Positions 13,850-27,589 of a stretch of DNA of 64,000 bases are shown one piece after another (the first letter of the stretch is position 1; each line of letters begins with the position of its first letter). A program made the translations under genes and the position numbers. Source of the stretch: Callorhinchus milii (Eukaryota); the NCBI RefSeq assembly GCF_018977255.1, contig NW_024704743.1, forward strand, positions 103,790,001 to 103,854,000. The letters are read 5' to 3'. Below the pieces are notes generated by a model, which did not search any database, was not told the origin of the DNA, and worked only from the letters and a program-made list of their open reading frames with translations.

Positions 13850-15840
13850 CTCCATCAGAGCCTTCTCACCTCAGGCTCTGACAGCTTCAACCTCCATGGA
13901 TGCTCACTCTAACTCTCGGAGCCTCACTGTCTTGTTTAACCCCCAAATGTCCCAACTCCACATCTGTGCTCTTTCCCACTCGGCTTTCCCTCATCACCAA
14001 AACATTGCCCATGCCCACCACGACCACAAGGTGAAGGACAACCCCAGGCTCCTATTCTCCACCACCAACCAATTCCTCCATCCACTCTCCCATGCCTCGC
14101 CCATTCTCTCCTCAAGCTCTGACTGTGAGGAAATGCTGAATATCTTCGAGTCCAAAATTGAGGGGATCCGTTCAGCGGCCTCTGCCCTCCCAACCACACT
14201 CCGACCCCTACTCATCCATCACTCCACATTTTCGAATCTTTCTCCCCCTCTTCTCTCATCACCACCATATGCAGCATAAAACACATCCCCTGGTCCCGTG
14301 ATCCCATCCCCATCCCTCTCCTTACCTCCCAGCTCCACCTCTTCGCCCCACTATCTTCGACACCATCAAAGTCTCCCTTTCATCTGGGACCATTTCCATC
14401 TCCCTAAAAACAGCTACAATCACACCCATTCTGAAAAAACCTTCCCTGGATCCATCCCAGCCTTCTACCTACCGGCCCATCTCCAACATCCCTTTTCTTC
14501 CCAAGGTCCTTGAAAGAGTTGTTGCTTCCAGGCTTCGCTCATTCCTCTCCTACCACTCAGTTCAAGAACCCCTACAATCGTGTTTCCATGCTGCTCAGAG
14601 CACAGAAACTGCTCTGGTCAAGGTGACAAACAACATTTTGTCCATCTGTGATCAGGGCTCCCCCTGCCTCCTCAACCTCGCTGCTGCCTTCGATACCATG
14701 GACCACTCCAACCCACTCCACTGCCTCTCCTCTCAAACTTCAAGGTTCTGTCCTTGAATGGTTCAGGTCTTGTCTCTCACACCGTCTCCAATTTGTCTCA
14801 GCCAGTGGTTTCTCTTCCAGCCCCTGCACAGTCTTGTATAGTGGTCCTCAGAGCTCTGTCCTCGGTCTCCTTCTCTTCAACCTCCCACTTGGTGACATCA
14901 TCCACAGACACGGGATTAACTTCCACATGTACGCAGATGACTATCTCTCTGCCTCCACCTTTGATTCCAGGGCAACTAACTTCCTGACAGACTGTCTGTC
15001 TGATATCAAGTACTGGATGAGAGCCAACTTCCTACAGCTGAATATCAGCAAGACTGAGGCCCTCCTGATTGGCTCGCACAAGCGCCTCAGTACCTCAGGC
15101 ACTGACAGCATCAGCCTTCACGGTTGCACACTCCACCTCACCAAGCCAGTTAAGAACCTGGCATTTTGTGCTATGACCTGCTCTGCCCTCCCCCACCTCC
15201 ACAACATTTCCCAACTCCGCCACTGCCTCACCCCTCAGGCCCCCGAAACCCTCATAACTCAAGGCTCAGCTACTGAAGCTCCTTATCTGCCTCCCCAAAT
15301 TTTTCCCTTCACAAGCTCCAGATCATCCAGAACTCTGCACCTCATGTCCTCTCCTGCACCGGGTTCCATGACTTCATCACCCCAGCTGGCTCCACTGGCT
15401 CCCCATCCCTCAGAGGATAGAATTCAAAATCCTTGTGCTTATTTTCAAGGCCCTCCATAGCCTTGTCCCCTCCTACATCTCTGACCCCCATTAACCTGTC
15501 CCTTCCCTCCCCTCAGCAGGCTCCGGCCTGCTGAGGGGAAGGCAGGGAAGCCTGCCTGACCCGCTCTACCATCGGCGGCCGGGCTTTCAGTATCTCTGCC
15601 CCCAGCCTTTGGAACTCCATCCCACAATCCCTTTGTCTTGCTTCCTCTCTTGCCTCCTTCAAGGCATGACTCAAGATCCTCCTTTTGGCCCATGCCTTCA
15701 GCCATCCTCCTACCCCTTCTGCCCTCCCTCATCCCAACCCTGCCCCCCACGTTCAGGTCCTGATCCCTGACTTTTCAGCGCCTTGGGACATCCTCCCGAT
15801 GTGAAAGGCGTTTTGCAAATGTAATTTTGTTATTGTTGTC
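13850..15840 (+). mobile_element. Degraded L2 LINE, ~2 kb, RT region to 3' end
   Basis: Frame-broken RT motifs (KDNPRLLFST, LQGSVLEWFRSCLSHRLQFV, GPQSSVLG, HMYADD, WMRANFLQLNISKTEALLIGS). Ends with GACATCCTCCCGATGTGAAAGGCG and a GTT-like tail. Confidence 0.92.
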
Positions 15841-15842
15841 CC

Positions 15843-16300
15843 TCGCGGTATCTGTCCACCATCAGTAGGCAGGCTTTCAGCCATTCTACCCCCGTGCTCT
15901 GGAACTCTATCCAGGGGTTTGATTCCCTTCCCCTCTCACCTCATTCAAGGCACCTCCTTGACCTTACTTTCAGTCATCTTTCCCCTCCCTTGGCTCTAAT
16001 CCCCAACTCGGGTACCCATCCAGCATTACCTAGCACTTTCAGACATCCTCCTAATGTAAAAGACATTATATAAATGTAAATTTCATTCTATTTTGAAGGA
16101 TAACAGTGGTTAAACTACACAAAATGGGATTAAATGTTTACAACAACAAAATTACATTTGTATGGCACCTTTCACGTCAGGAGGATGTCCAAAGCCCTGG
16201 ACAGACAAGAGTTTTGGTCCCAAGCTGGGAGTCGGGAAGGGTGGAGGGCAGGGGGGAAGCAGGGAGATCGAAAGTACGGTCGAAGAGGAGGGTCTTGATA
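15843..16300. mobile_element. Two short L2 3'-end remnants (+ ~15843-16085; - ~16141-16300)
   Basis: Both carry the L2 terminal motif, decayed. They face each other tail to tail. Confidence 0.7.
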
Positions 16301-17059
16301 TTTAATACTTCTTAGCAAGATTCTTTAATAAGGCAACAAGTTGCTCAAATGGGGATCTTTTCATGTATCGTCAGAGCCAGTCAGAACACTGTTCCAACAC
16401 AATCTACAGCCGGAGCAGATTATGTGTATTCTACAGGACTTGATGTAATTTAATAAGAAATCTTTTTTAAAAAATACAGCAAATTTGACTAATTGTATTA
16501 TCTTGCCCATCAGTTGCTGAGTGCTGAATTAACCTTTTTCAACTAGTAATTAAAGTACTAGAAATTCAACCTAGTGCTTCATAAACGATGTGGATAACAG
16601 CCTCATGTTGTGAAGGACTGAAAACTATAATGATCCAATCTTAATTTTGTATCATAGCCAAGCGTAGCTTCTTTCTCCAATAAATTCAATGTTGGGTGAA
16701 AACAGCTCAGAGTTTAAGCCTACATTCCTTCAGGGGCACCTCCCCTCAAACCCCTAGAACTCAAGTGGATTGAAAATAGTCATTCAATGAAAGTCATGAA
16801 ATGGATACTTGGCAACGTATTATAGTACAAGAGTAGCTTTAACAGAAATATGAAAATCTCAGGCTTGAAGCGCCTGATTTACAAACCAGACTCCCAATAA
16901 AAGCGGATGATGCCATTCCGATTAACTTTCAGCTGTACTGGAGGAGATGGGGACAGGTGGAGACTGAGGCAAGCAAATTCTACACAGGACATGATTTCTG
17001 AGCGAAAGGAAGTGGAGACTGAGATCATATTGCCTTTGCAGGTTCAAGCAGAAGGTAGA

Positions 17060-17170
17060 ATTAAGGAAAAGTCAGACAAATGGGACTAAACAGGCAGCTT
17101 TCTCAGAGCCAGCACAGGCACAATGGGTCAAATGGCTTTCTTCTGTACTGTTAACTATTTATGTCTTTAG
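17060..17170 (+). mobile_element. CR1 3'-end remnant
   Basis: GAGCCAGCACAGGCACAATGGGTCAAATGGCTTTCTTCTGTACTGT resembles CR1 3' termini and the other CR1 ends in this window. Confidence 0.55.
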
Positions 17171-17896
17171 GTAACAGTCCACGAGGTCTAGGGAAGTGAA
17201 AGGAGTAATCAAATTGATATTTCTGGGGAAATTATCTTCTTTCCTCCTTCAACCACCTTCTTCCCAAGTTGACTTGTGATGGAATGAGGTTCAATTGAAG
17301 ACTGTCTGCTCCCAGCACTTGAACTAAATGGCTATGTGCCCATATCTGATCCTTCCTTCACAAGTATGCACTTTCCAATAGCCAATAATGGACAACAATT
17401 CAGAGCTGAAATTCAGGTAAACTTCTTACACAAGGTCACAGAGACTAACTGATACGCGAAGATCATAGTTGAACTGTTATTGCAGCAAAGGTCTGGTATT
17501 AAACCCTGGAACACGATGCTCAATACCAGAACATACAATGGAGATGTCCAACACACAGTAAATCTAAGGCAGTTTAACTAGTTTAAAATACACCCTATGC
17601 AACCCGAAATGTAACCCCAACTTTAATTTCACTGCCATCGCTCATAGAAAGATTGTGAATTATTCTGAGCAATTGGCATAAAATGTGCACAATATTCATC
17701 GTATGAAAAATACCATATTATTCACTAACAAATAAGATTAAAAGTTTAATTGGAAAAAATACATCAATTAATGAATACTTATTGATCTCACAGTTTACCA
17801 GCCCATCAATTCTCTAATCTGAAAAGTTGTAAAAAAAAATTAAATTAAAAACTGTAAAATTAAAAAAACCTTAAGTTAAAAGGAAATGTGACTGAC

Positions 17897-17962
17897 CAGT
17901 TTTGGTCTCCAATGAACAAAACATCCAGCAATTGCTTGTGAAACTGGAAGATTTCCCCTAAT
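17897..17962 (-). CDS. Candidate 66-nt cassette exon (phase-2 reading LGEIFQFHKQLLDVLFIGDQN)
   Basis: Acceptor gattttttcatcccacag, donor CTG|gtcagt, length a multiple of 3. Splice signals only. Confidence 0.22.
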
Positions 17963-19680
17963 CTGTGGGATGAAAAAATCTGCTTTGATACCAAGTGCTG
18001 CCACTTACTGCACTGCTCTCCATATGAAACAGCACTGCAGTGACTAATAGCTACCACCACACATCTACATTACATAACTCATCAAAAAATAGATCGCCTA
18101 AAATTTAGTTCCTAAACACTATGAAGCAGGATGAAAACATATGACTGCACGTTTCCCTTTATGAGTTATAAGATACCAGTGTTAAATTGGTCCACATGAC
18201 ACTTGATACATTTTGGATGACATTGTTTTTCCCTCACCTCCAACCACAATACTGTAATAACTGGGGAACAGAGCAACTAAACTAAAATGAGTCAGGTTTG
18301 CAGCAATGTTGTTCTTGCAAACATTCAACCTCACCCCTGCACAGTGCCATTTCTCTAGCAGAATGGGACTCAAGAGAGGTTGTTTTTCTTTCCACCTCTT
18401 TCCCTCTTACACCCCACACAATAATTCTAGTAGAATTTAATTTCTTTCAAAGGCCTCACCTGGTGATAATTCAGCCTCACAGATAGTCGGTCATCTATTA
18501 ACACACAAACGATTCTGAATTCACGAGAAGTGGCCATCCCAGTACAGGCAATAGGGAAGAGGGAGGGAAGTTTGTAGGAGTGAGCAAAATGTAGGCCTAA
18601 TGCCTTAAACTACACTATGATTACAAATGAGTCTTAGGCTTCAGTTAGTCTCCATGCATTGCTCGGACATTATTCCCTCACTTTACAACTCTGTCCCCCT
18701 CTTTATGCCTCTACTAAAATTATATATATTACCAAACAGCCTGGTGTGGTATGGAATCATTCAGCTTCAAAAGGTCCCTCCTGCAACTCCTGGTCTGTGC
18801 TGAGTTACAGGTGTCTCCAATCCAGGATTCCACAAATTCAGAGATAAAACAGGTGATTGTTGTTAGAGGTAAATCAGGTCATAAAGATCCAATGGAAAAC
18901 ACCTGGAGGGTTAAAAAGTCCAGAGGACTGGGAGAGAGAGGAAGCTGTAAACAGAGAATGAAGTTGAAACCTTTTCAAATTCAGAGTGGAAAGTGTTGTT
19001 TGTTTTATTTGAAGGTGTCACACAAGACCGGGAGAGAGTGAGGGTCTACACAGAGGAAATTCAACTGTAATTCCAACTTCTGATTGCTATCCTTTGCTGG
19101 ACTGGGTACACGTATATGGATATATGGGTGGTGACAGGATTGATTAAAGCAAAGTTGGGAACACTCTTTACTCTACTCCCCGCATGGCTGAATAACCCGC
19201 TGGCAATATATAGGCTCGCACACATAGAATGGCCACTCGGCAAGATACAATTGGTCTCCATTGGCTTTGGGAGGGGAAATAGGCCGAAAACAAATGGATT
19301 TTCTTTTTGTTTGTTTCAAATTTCATCACATCACATCAAAATATAAAGATTCTGGTAGATCATCTAGTCAGCTGGGTTTTTGTGGGTTGAAGAATCAGCA
19401 GAGAATTAGCAAAATATATTTCTTAGGTCAACTTTATATTGAGGTCAAACTCGATTCTTATCTATCTCAACACACACAAGTCTGAGGCCCATCAGTCCTT
19501 TATAGATTTATAAACCCTTAATGACATTTAATTCTCCTCCAAGTGAAAGGGATTTTTTTCGAAACAAATTCTGACAGACTCTCTGGCAATTACAATGCAG
19601 ATTCACACACAAAGCATTGACCCACACTGTGGCACCTCAGTCAAGAGTGCTTCTGTATTACAATACTTTTTCCAATAGGG

Positions 19681-19694
19681 GTAACCATAGCAAC
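19681..19694. promoter_or_regulatory. RFX X-box motif
   Basis: GTAACCATAGCAAC fits the X-box consensus GTNRCC-N0-3-RGYAAC and lies in unique sequence. Confidence 0.35.
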
Positions 19695-21194
19695 ACAAGC
19701 AAACTCTTCCTTTCAAACTGTTGCAGTACTTCTCTCCCACAGTTTGAGTCGGTTGCAAAGCAACATACTTCATAAACCTTTTGTGAGCCAATGGTCACAC
19801 TGATAATCTGGTAATAGGAAATAATCTAAGGCTAATGCACACATTCCAGGGCAACAGTGGGTTTTCTTACATGACCTTTCAATAATACATTCCAAGGGCA
19901 GTTTTCCAAAGAAAGCATTGCACAGAAGAGCAGAGAATTAATTCTTTAAAACGCCCTGCTGGTTTGTAGTTTTCAGCTACCTGTTCATTGTTGCTGCATG
20001 GGGGAGGGGGGAGCCTGAACTTGCAAGCTTTTAAATACTTTTAATTATCACTCCTACTAACAGCACATTACTGTCTAGGTTTTAATCATGGAATTTTTAA
20101 AATATTTTTTTAAAACTGACAAATTGTGGCCTGAATGAGTTGCGTTCTGCTATGGTACAATATTCTTGAGAACTCCCAACGAATATAGTAGTCAGCTCAC
20201 CAGCTGCTCCAAATCAGCTTCACTTCACTTTCACTGAGAAGCAGTGCAAAGGAGAGTAACGAGAATGGTGTTAGAGAAATAATCTATCAGCCACCATTAG
20301 ACAAACCAGGGCTCTTCAGCCTTGAAAGCAAATGGCTCAGAGAGAAACCTGGTAGAGTCAGTGCCATATAGAAGCAAGAAAAAGCAACAGGGGAGTTACC
20401 CTGAGTTGCTCTGTGCATGCCATTACATGGATGCACACCACAAAGGACTGCTTTGGCACAGGAGCAGGCTTTTCATCCACCTACTTAGCCAGGGAATTGT
20501 GTGACTTGGGATGGGCCGCAGAATAAATACATCAAATCTGACAAATTTTGCAACAAGCTTAGGAAATGTAAAGAGCAGTAATATGAATATTCTGAAGAGT
20601 ATCGGTTTGCTCAGAAACACTGCATTGAAGAAACCTCAAGACTCAAAAGACACCAGCATCTGTCAACAATAATACTTTTTCTCCCTTCTGTTTTTGAATA
20701 AAGAGACAAAGTTATCAGCGATTTCCAGGTAGGAAAGTCTGTTCATAGACCTGGTTCCAAATTGATGCTGTTCAGAAGACATAAATAGTAGTCAGGCTGA
20801 AAGATAAGCCATTCGATCATTTATTACCTTTTAACATCGAGCTACAGGGCTGTTCACATACAAACACACTGAATACATTAAAGATCCAGAGCTTCATTGA
20901 AACAAGACCAAAAACACATAAGCTGGTTACACCACCTCCTACTAGAAATGGGAGGGGATGGGGAATAAATGCACACTATTTTCTCCAAACTCAAGTTCTA
21001 TTTCTCAACAAAAGACAATCCCTGAGCAAAACACAACAGAAACACATGCACGACGGAGTCCAAAGCAAACACTGTCACAAATGACCTGCCCAACATTTAT
21101 TTAATGACAGGTCAGGTGGGATCATGCAATATGCATCAATGATGCACTTAGCCACAAAAATGGAGTTTAAAACACAGGTAACAAAGAATCATAC

Positions 21195-21560
21195 GGACCC
21201 TTATAGACGATGAAGGTTGCAGGTTTGAACTATGATCTCTGCTGAGTCAGCTTCTTTTGTTGGGATAATGCTTCAATTACCTTCAGTCTTCTAGGATTGG
21301 AGAGAGATGGAGAAAGTGGGATATGTCTAAAGAGAATAGCCAGCGTTACAACTCCTAATTGCTATTTGGTGACCTCTGCTGGAAAGTGTACGTGCTGACA
21401 TCAGGTGAGCTCTGGATCAGGTTCAGTTGCAATGCTCCGCACAGTCGAATAACCTGCCAACTTTTACTGTGTAAGCTTAACAGGAAGAACAGCCACGTAG
21501 GCAACTTATTGGAACCATCAGTACCCAGGAAAGTGTGACTCAATCAGATACTGTTGGACA
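21195..21560 (+). mobile_element. Old SINE-like element of a third family (other copies ~19060-19295 +, ~17220-17530 -)
   Basis: Decayed B-box-like AGGTTTGAAC. Blocks shared with 19060-19295: CT.ATTGCTAT, GCTGGA, GGTG...GGAT, GAATAACC.GC, AGAA..GCCAC. Confidence 0.5.
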
Positions 21561-23549
21561 CCCAACCAACAAGTGCAACTAAAAACCTGCGCTATGAGCT
21601 CAATTGAAAAACATTACTCTTTGAAACATGGGAGTGGGGGGGGAAACAATCCATGTCTGATAGACACTTACGACTTACAATGGCAGTCCCCAGTCAGGGA
21701 TTCTTTTCACAGCTCATCCATGCTAGTATGGGCTTCTGCACATTCAGTATCCTTCTCAATATCAGAGCACAATAATGTAAATCTACATTGATAAATAGCT
21801 GCAGGGTTCCCTCTCCCCATTAATGCGCTGCAATGCATCCATGCTCCATGTTGGTTTTTGCCTATCATGCACACAGTAACGTTCACCCACAGTATAGAGT
21901 GACAATATATATGTTCGAAACAGATCACAAATCTGGTTTCATTATTTTCTTAAAAAATCAAATGCATAAGTAGACAAATATTTAATTCTGACAATGAAAT
22001 GAATGAGCCTCTTACGCTGCTCTTCTCAATATATAATAAAACTGTAGAAAATACAAAGTACCAAAATCCCGACAAGACAATCAGTCATACTCGGGAATCC
22101 AGCACCATCTAAAGTCATGCTTCAATATATGTAATTATTCAACTGCACTACTGTTTACAACCACAGGAACCTTTACAATTAATTGTGCTTCTCTTTTGTC
22201 AGTCAGCAGCATCTGTACAATTGCCCAACCAGAAACAGGTCTGTTCAATAAATCGCTCAAAGGCTAAACTCAGAAAAAGTGACTGGAACAAAGAACGCAT
22301 GTCTTTCAGTATAAAGTAAGTAGGCCACAAGCTTGCTTGATTGTCTAATACAATTACAGTCTGTAAGAAAAGGCATTTTAACAAATGCATTACAGGCATT
22401 TCAGAGGACGAGAGGCGGGGGAGGGAGAGTTAAAATTAATGAACAGTCACAGGACAAACGGGGAATACTTTACTCAACTGCTGTCAAATCATGGAAGGTG
22501 CTGCCAATTCTGCTTGTCTAACAAATCAGAACCATTACACTTTACTCAGGCTCTGCAGCCTGATTGATTCTGCTCATTATTTGGTCTGATCTCATTTTCA
22601 CACATGGAAGTAATATGAAATCCAGATGTTCATTTGTACTTAGGCATAGCGAACAACTGCTCATCTACACGCAATGCTGCAATAACAGATCCCTCCTTTA
22701 TAAAATCATGGTGCTTTCTTGTAACACAAGTGGAGAATTCTGTGACCAATTCTAGAAATTGGTATATTAAAAACTGTAAGCTTTGTATCTATTACAGGGT
22801 GCGGGCAAACAGATCTCATTCTTTAAAATGTAACTTTTATGATTAAAGACATTCTGTGCTCTAAAGCTAGTGTGCAGTTTAAGTTGCATTCAGATTCTTT
22901 CCTTCTTCCTCCCCTGGGGAGGAACTCTTCTGAGTTAGGATGGTTTCAACAGGTACTGATCAAAGTTCCTTCTGCTACTGACCTTTGTCAATAGCAGACA
23001 AAGTGACCACGGTCAGGCAAAGTATGAGATCAGACAAGGAAATGGAACTTAGAACAATCTAACAGAAGGATATTACCATATTATGTGTCTGTACATTCCC
23101 ATTGCAATTGGAAACATTGCAGCGCTTTTCAGAGGGGTCCTATGGTTGTTAAATTATTGGAAGGGAGAAAAAGGAAGTTCATGCATAATAAGTTTTGGTT
23201 ATAAATACAATTAATAGGGCATAAGAGGATATTATATAATATGCATTCCCTTTCAGGCCCCCATTTTGTTAACTGCAATTTAATGTTAACCCTTATCGCG
23301 CTAAGTCAACTTTTATATGTCTCGCTTTAACCCAGTATATATCAGTACGTAAAGTCCACCGATTTAGCAAACTGCACAAAGAGCTTATATGAAGACATGA
23401 TGTACAAATATGGTCAAAGTCTTTTACCCTGTAAGATTTGTTCCATTTCACTGGGGTCCAGGGCAATTTTCCCACTTTGCAACTTTATAAATTCCCTGAA
23501 AGCCAACATCTGCTTTCAGATCCCATTCCCAGGATCGTTCAGCAACAAG

Positions 23550-23870
23550 GAAACGCCTCAGAGGGGACCTTAGACAAGTATATAACATTTTAAATGGGAT
23601 TGAGAGTAAGCCCAGAACAATTTCAGATTCACTGAGACAGCAGATGAGGACAAAAGTTTTGGGTTACAAAAGGCAATTTCAGGACAGACATCAGAAAGCA
23701 TTTCTTTATATTGAGGTTAATAAGCAACTTGAACAGGTTGCTAGGAAGGGTGATTGAAACTAAAAAAACACAGCTCAATGTTGTGATGTGAAGGTAGTAG
23801 AGTGGGTATTCAGTGAGAAGGTCAGATGGGCCAAAGGCCCTTATTTTTCTAAAACAACTTGGTGATCTTG
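23550..23870 (+). mobile_element. Old CR1 3' fragment
   Basis: Decayed RLRGDL..VY.ILNG-type coding end followed by AGATGGGCCAAAGGCCC, a CR1-like terminal hairpin. Confidence 0.6.
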
Positions 23871-24380
23871 CCCCAAGATTTCAGCCTTTCTCACTGTAAT
23901 TAAAAGACTGACCGGCACAAAGGAACAAGTAAGATGAGAAAATTTAGGGAGCGTAAAAAGAGAATCATTAGCTCTGACTTTTTTTTAAAAAAAAGCACTT
24001 AAACTGTATGGAGTAGTAATTCCTTTTTTGAAAATATTTGCCTGACTGCCTAATATCACTGTGTGAAACTGCACAGGAAATTTTCTGGTGAAGATATGGT
24101 CATTTGGTCATTTGCAAATGCAATGGCTGATTTGCAATAGCAATGTCCACAACCAGCCGTGATGTGAATGACCAATTCTATCTGGAGCTATTGTTGGCCA
24201 GGACACCGAGGGAAACTTCTTTGATTACAGAATCACCTAATGGATGTGCTATAATGAATCCATTTCAAGGATGAAGAGGGATATTTTTGGTTCAACACTT
24301 GGGAAAGAGTTTAGAGATGCAATTTCTGTGCTTGTGCGTTTCCACAAGAGACCAATGTGGCAAAAGTATAATGCTGGTTG

Positions 24381-24392
24381 TTCCCGGAAGTG
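24381..24392 (+). promoter_or_regulatory. Overlapping STAT (GAS) and ETS motifs
   Basis: TTCCCGGAA (24381-24389) overlaps CCGGAAGTG (24384-24392). Confidence 0.3.
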
Positions 24393-24927
24393 AACCAACC
24401 CCAAACCCTCCCCAAACAGATAGCAGGGGCCCAAACGAGGCTTTACAGGAATCATCAAGGGCTGGTTTTGACAAGTCTTATTGTTATTCATTATCAATGA
24501 TCAAACCACAAAGCCACAAGAGAAACTGTCAAACCAGAACCAAAACATTTAAAAGAACAGTTTCTCAGAATATGGTTGAGTCTCAAATGATTTGTTAATA
24601 ATAGGAATGAGTAATATCGGAAAAAGAAAATGACTGAAGATGCTTCTTGTGCTCTTGGCCGTGGCACGAATCAGGAAATACCTGAGAGTATTTGTATAAT
24701 ATTCCCGTTCTACCTTTTACTTGTTAATTTGAGCCTCTCAACGTGGTGTAATAAAAATAAGCACATTTCTATCCTCCTCATAATTTTCTTTCCATCATAC
24801 TTACACTAATTAAGAATAGGGAACCTAGCTGGAAATGAAAAAAAAACTTAAACCAACCCTTGCACTGGTGCAATAGAATTATATCAGCTATAGAGAGGCA
24901 GTCTGCAATGGGAATTGGGTTTTGTGC

Positions 24928-25966
24928 TTTAATAACATTTGTTCCAGCTAGCACAGCAGCGGTACCAGTAAAAACAGGTTAGAGTGTTATTACAAGTGGC
25001 CATTTTGACAAGGTTTTCAATCAGCGCCCGTCTGCAAGACCTCATATATATGTATAAAAACCCACACAAGTCATTTAACTTTAAATTCAGCAAAGAAAGG
25101 TCATGGTAAAATAATATTTGAAAGGAAAATTCATTGTTGCTCAAAGATACGAATGCAATGTGAATTCATCTAAACCTCAGAAAGTACCATATTAGTCATC
25201 GACACACTGTCCATATCATAGGCTTGTGCACAGCACACAAGAGGCTCTTATACCTCTTTACACACTTTTCAATCCCAGAGTTTCACAGATACTTCAACTA
25301 AACTCATCGGTTTTAGCCAAAAATGAAATCTGTAGCATACACAGTTTATAACGCATTACATAAGTTATTAAATATTTATACAGGCTAAAATTGATGATTT
25401 AACAAAGAGGCCCAGCCAATACCGAATGTGACAAAATTGTAAATAAAATGCAAGGCACAAAAACACATAAAAATAAGTTTCCATTATTCCCCCCTCCCTA
25501 AAAATGCTCAAAAGTCTTAAAATTTTAACAATAAAAGTGGTTTTGTTTCTGCCATAAAACTAGTCAAGAAAATTATGTGTACATCACATAGCCAGCGAGT
25601 TCCAAATCTGAGATCCTTTAAAGTCGGTAAAACATTGTTCACAGGATGTTCTGTGCATTGGATATTGTGCCCACTTGTTGCTCAAGCACACGTGAGGTTC
25701 CATCTTTAAGCTTTCTTGCAGCTGCAGATTGGTTTGTGATTTACATACCTCATGGGATTACTTAAAAGACCTTCAGATAGTTTCTATTTGCAATTGGAGA
25801 AAAAAAAATACACCCGTTGTTGAAGTCAAAAAGTCACCTCCGCAACTTGAAACTTGGCAGGTCTCGAGAGGTAAATGCTGATGCTCATTGCTATCAAACT
25901 AATTCAATTGAGAAACCTATATACGGTATATTGTAACAAATTAAAATCATCCTTCGCCCAGACAGG
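24928..25966 (-). CDS. Candidate alternative terminal exon plus ~1-kb 3'UTR (phase 1: xCLGEG*; phase 0: PVWAKDDFNLLQYTVYRFLN*)
   Basis: Strong acceptor gttttttgtcttaattcttcag (AG 25968-25967), a repeat-free AT-rich tract, and ATTAAA on minus at 24933-24928. Confidence 0.3.
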
Positions 25967-26739
25967 CTGAAGAATTAAGACAAAAAACAATGTGCGCTAA
26001 CATCGTGAGGTGCTCAGGTTGAAGTCTCTCACCACCTCTAGTTATAATACAGTAATAGCATATGCAATTGTCAAGAATGTTTCAAAGTACTTTACAACAT
26101 TTCTGTTTAGTGACTACTTATAGGCAAATGTGGCACCCAATTTACACATAGCAATGTCCCACAGAACAGCCATTAAGCGATTGACCAATTTCAGCTTGAG
26201 GTTTGCTTGTCTGGATGCCAAGAGAAATTCCTTTCTCTTACTGACCTCAACAGTGTTATCAGAGGTGAACCCAATGAAGACCCAAGTACCTGGTCCATAG
26301 GAGAAAAAATAGAGATCTCACACCATCAGCCTCTACAGGAGGACCCAAACATTGGCAAACAATGTGGAGATAACTTTCTTAATGCTGCACAGTACAAAAA
26401 GGAAAAAGCAGCAATAAACTATATTGACAAATAACTCCCTATCCCACCTTCCTACATTGTCAGATAAGATGCATCTCTTGCACAGGAAAAGGCTTGGGTT
26501 TCAGTCACAATGCCCACTTTCTGTCAAGTTGGAATTCACTCAATAATTGAGGACGCTGAACTGCTTGTCTTTCTCTCTTCAATTTTGTTTCCCTGATTTT
26601 GCACAATATGATCCAGCAACACTGCACTGTATGAGTTTCTAAAGTCAAAGATTGCTCTTCCTTTATCCCCATGAGGAGGAACCAGACTTCCAGTCAGTGG
26701 CTCCCCACAGAAAACTCCCACCACCTGGATACTTACCCG

Positions 26740-27290
26740 TAATAATAATAATCCTTGCATTTGATATAGCGCTTTTCACATCTTCTCGATGTCTCAAAGC
26801 GCTTCACAGAATATGCTGTAAAGTGAATTGACCATATATTTGTGGGCGAAACTAAACTCCATACCCCATCGCACCAGTTCTAACCAGGCTCCACTGGCTC
26901 CCTATCACCAAACGGATCAATTTCAAGATCCTCACACTTGTTTTCAAATCTCTTCATGCCCTGGCATCTCCTTAACTCTCCAACCTGCTTACTGCCACTG
27001 ACTACCTCTGCTCGATTGGCTCCAGCATTCTGTATGTCCCTCATGCCCTCCGTTCCACCATCAGCGGCTGCACTTTCAGCCACTACGCCCCGAAGCTCTG
27101 GAACACACTTCCTCTATCCCTCCACCTTGACCCTTCCTTACCCAACTTCAGGTCACGCCTGAAGACCTTCCTATTCAACTGAGCCTACAGTCACCTCACT
27201 TTCCACGCAGCTCAGTGTCTGCCACAGTCAAATGCTCTGGGGTATTACCCTGCTTGATGGGCACTACATAAATGCAAGTCGTCGTTGTTC
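26740..27290. mobile_element. SINE 3' tail (-, ~26740-26850) abutting an L2 3' fragment (+, ~26860-27290)
   Basis: SINE tail motif with (ATT)n. L2 part encodes RLHWLPITKRINFKILTLVFKSLHALA-like sequence and ends in GTCGTCGTTGTT. Confidence 0.8.
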
Positions 27291-27589
27291 AATGGGACTA
27301 CATCAAATGCAAGTATTATTTAGAATTATTATTCCTAGTTTAGTAGAAAGGACAGCATAAAAACAAATTTGTGTTAAGTTAGTCTAGCATCTTGCATCAT
27401 TTGAACTGAAAGGTTAAATGAATGATTTTGTATTGCTCCTTGAGTGGTTTGGGTTTATGATGGCATTAAACCTGACAGTCATATGGTTCAATTATGTACT
27501 TTCACATCACATTCACATGATATTTTCTTTGCGAGTCAACTTTATTTCTCTCGGTTTTAAATTTAGCCCTAAAACAACTGGAACTTTCC

